From: Pristiophorus japonicus | Taxonomy: Eukaryota | Direction: 5' to 3' | Assembly (NCBI RefSeq): GCF_044704955.1 | Contig: NC_091999.1 | Location: 8,866,001-8,930,000, forward strand | Length of the DNA: 64,000 bases | In this document: in pieces, positions 62,576 to 64,000 of the stretch | Layout: the number at the start of each line of letters is the position of its first letter | How positions within the stretch are numbered: the first letter of the stretch is position 1 | Notes under the pieces: generated by a model | What the model saw: only the letters and a program-made list of their open reading frames with translations | What the model was told of the DNA's origin: nothing | Databases searched by the model: none | Translations under genes and position numbers: made by a program

Positions 62576-63405
62576 GGATATTGTTAGTGTCCTCTACCGT
62601 AAAGACTGATACAAAATATTTGTTCAGAGTTTCTGCCATCTCCATGTTCCCCATTACTAATTCCCCGGTCTCGACCTCTAAGGGACCAACATTTACTTTA
62701 GCCACTCTTTTCCTTTTTATATACCTGTAGAAACTCTTACTATCTGTTTTTATATTTTGTGCTAGTTTACTTTCATAGTCTATCTTCCCTTTTTTAATCA
62801 TTTTTTTAGTCATTCTTTGCTGGCTCTTAAAAGCTTCCCAATCTTCTGCCCTCCCACTAGTTTTGTCCACTTTGTGTGCCCTTGTTTTTAATTGGATACC
62901 ATCCTTTATTTCTTTAGTTCGCCACGGATGGCTATCTTTACTCTCACACCCTTTCCTCCTCACTGGACTATATTCTTCTTGAGAGTTGTGAAATATCTCC
63001 TCAAATGTACACCACTGTTCATCAACCGTCCTACACTTTAATCTATTTTCCCAGTCCACTTTAGCCAACTCTGCCCTCATACCTTCATAGTCTCCTTTAT
63101 TTAAGCTTAGTACGCTGGTTAGAGATCCAACTTTCTCACCCTCCATCTGAATTTGAAATTCAACCATGCTATGATCACTCATTCCAAGGGGGATCCTTTA
63201 CTGGGAGATTGTTTATTAATCCTGTCTCATTACACAGGACCAGATCCAAGATAGCCTGCCCTCTGGTTGGTTCCGTTACATAGTGCTGAGGAACCCGTCC
63301 CTTATGCACTCTATGAACTCTTCCTCAAGGCTACCCTGACCAATTTCATTTGTCCAATCAATATGGAGCTTAAAATCACCCATGATTATCGCTGTTCCCT
63401 TTTTA
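62576..63405 (-). mobile_element. Internal CR1 ORF2 fragment (APE C-terminus and linker)
   Basis: IIMGDFKLHIDW...SDHSMVEF...AETLNKYFVSVFT. Confidence 0.92.
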
Positions 63406-63409
63406 CCTG

Positions 63410-64000
63410 AGGGACTATGTACCTCAAAACACTGGAGAAGTACAACCTCCGCAAGATCCTGCAAATCCCCCGGGAGGACAGACGCACCAACGTTAGCGTC
63501 CTCGACCAGGCCAACATCCCCAGCATCGAAGCACTGACCACACTCGACCAGCTCCGCTGGGCAGGGCCACATTGTCCGCATGTCCCCAGACACGAGACTC
63601 CCCAAAGCAAGCGCTCTACTCGGAACTCCTTCACGGCAAGCGAGCCCCAGGTGGGCAGAGGAAACGTTACAAGGGACACACCCTCAAAGCCTCCCTGATA
63701 AAGTGCAACATCCCCACCGACACCTGGGAGTCCCTGGGCCCAAAGACCAGTCCCGCCCTAAGTGGAGGAAGTGCATCCGGGAGGGCGCTGAGCACCTCGA
63801 GTCTCGTCGCCGAGAGCGTGCAGAAAGCAAGCGCAGGCAGCGGAAGGAGCGTGCGGCAAACCAGTCCCACCCACCTGTTGCTTCATCCACTGTCTGCCCC
63901 ATCTGTGACAGGGACTGTGGGTCCCGCATCAGACTCTTCAGTCACCTGAGAACTCATTTTTAATGTGGAAGCAAGTCATCCTCGACTCCGAGGGACTGCC
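63410..64000 (+). mobile_element. RTE-clade LINE 3' fragment
   Basis: LRKILQIPREDRRTNVSVLDQANIPSIEAL...CPICDRDCGSRIRLFSHLRTHF; same family as the 40.3-41.2 kb copies. Confidence 0.9.

Overview
This is vertebrate genomic DNA, most likely from a cartilaginous fish (inferred from the CR1/L2/RTE/Deu-SINE repertoire and the Ig gene style). Bases 1-33.1 kb are one satellite array of about 900 35/38-bp monomers. The monomer derives from the CR1 LINE ORF2 segment encoding 'HLEYCVQFWSPY', and each copy carries AACTGTG|CACAGTG, a 13/14 match to a V(D)J signal joint. The many long ORFs there are artefacts. Directly adjacent on the minus strand is a three-exon immunoglobulin light-chain-like gene that the ORF track does not assemble. 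It has a TATA/octamer-like promoter (~46.2 kb), a leader exon (46106-46151), a ~9.9-kb TE-filled intron and a germline-joined VJ exon with no RSS (35837-36190). The J-C intron holds an island of the same satellite, followed by a C1 exon (33565-33901) and AATAAA. The C exon has a frameshift (pseudogene, null allele or assembly error), two extra Cys and an N-glycan sequon. The rest is nested TEs: CR1 (one near-complete ORF2), L2, an RTE foldback, Deu-type SINEs that seeded a second 33-bp satellite, and a 5'-truncated Gypsy element. There is also a candidate lymphoid enhancer-like motif cluster at ~57.1 kb. TE boundaries are read by eye and approximate.
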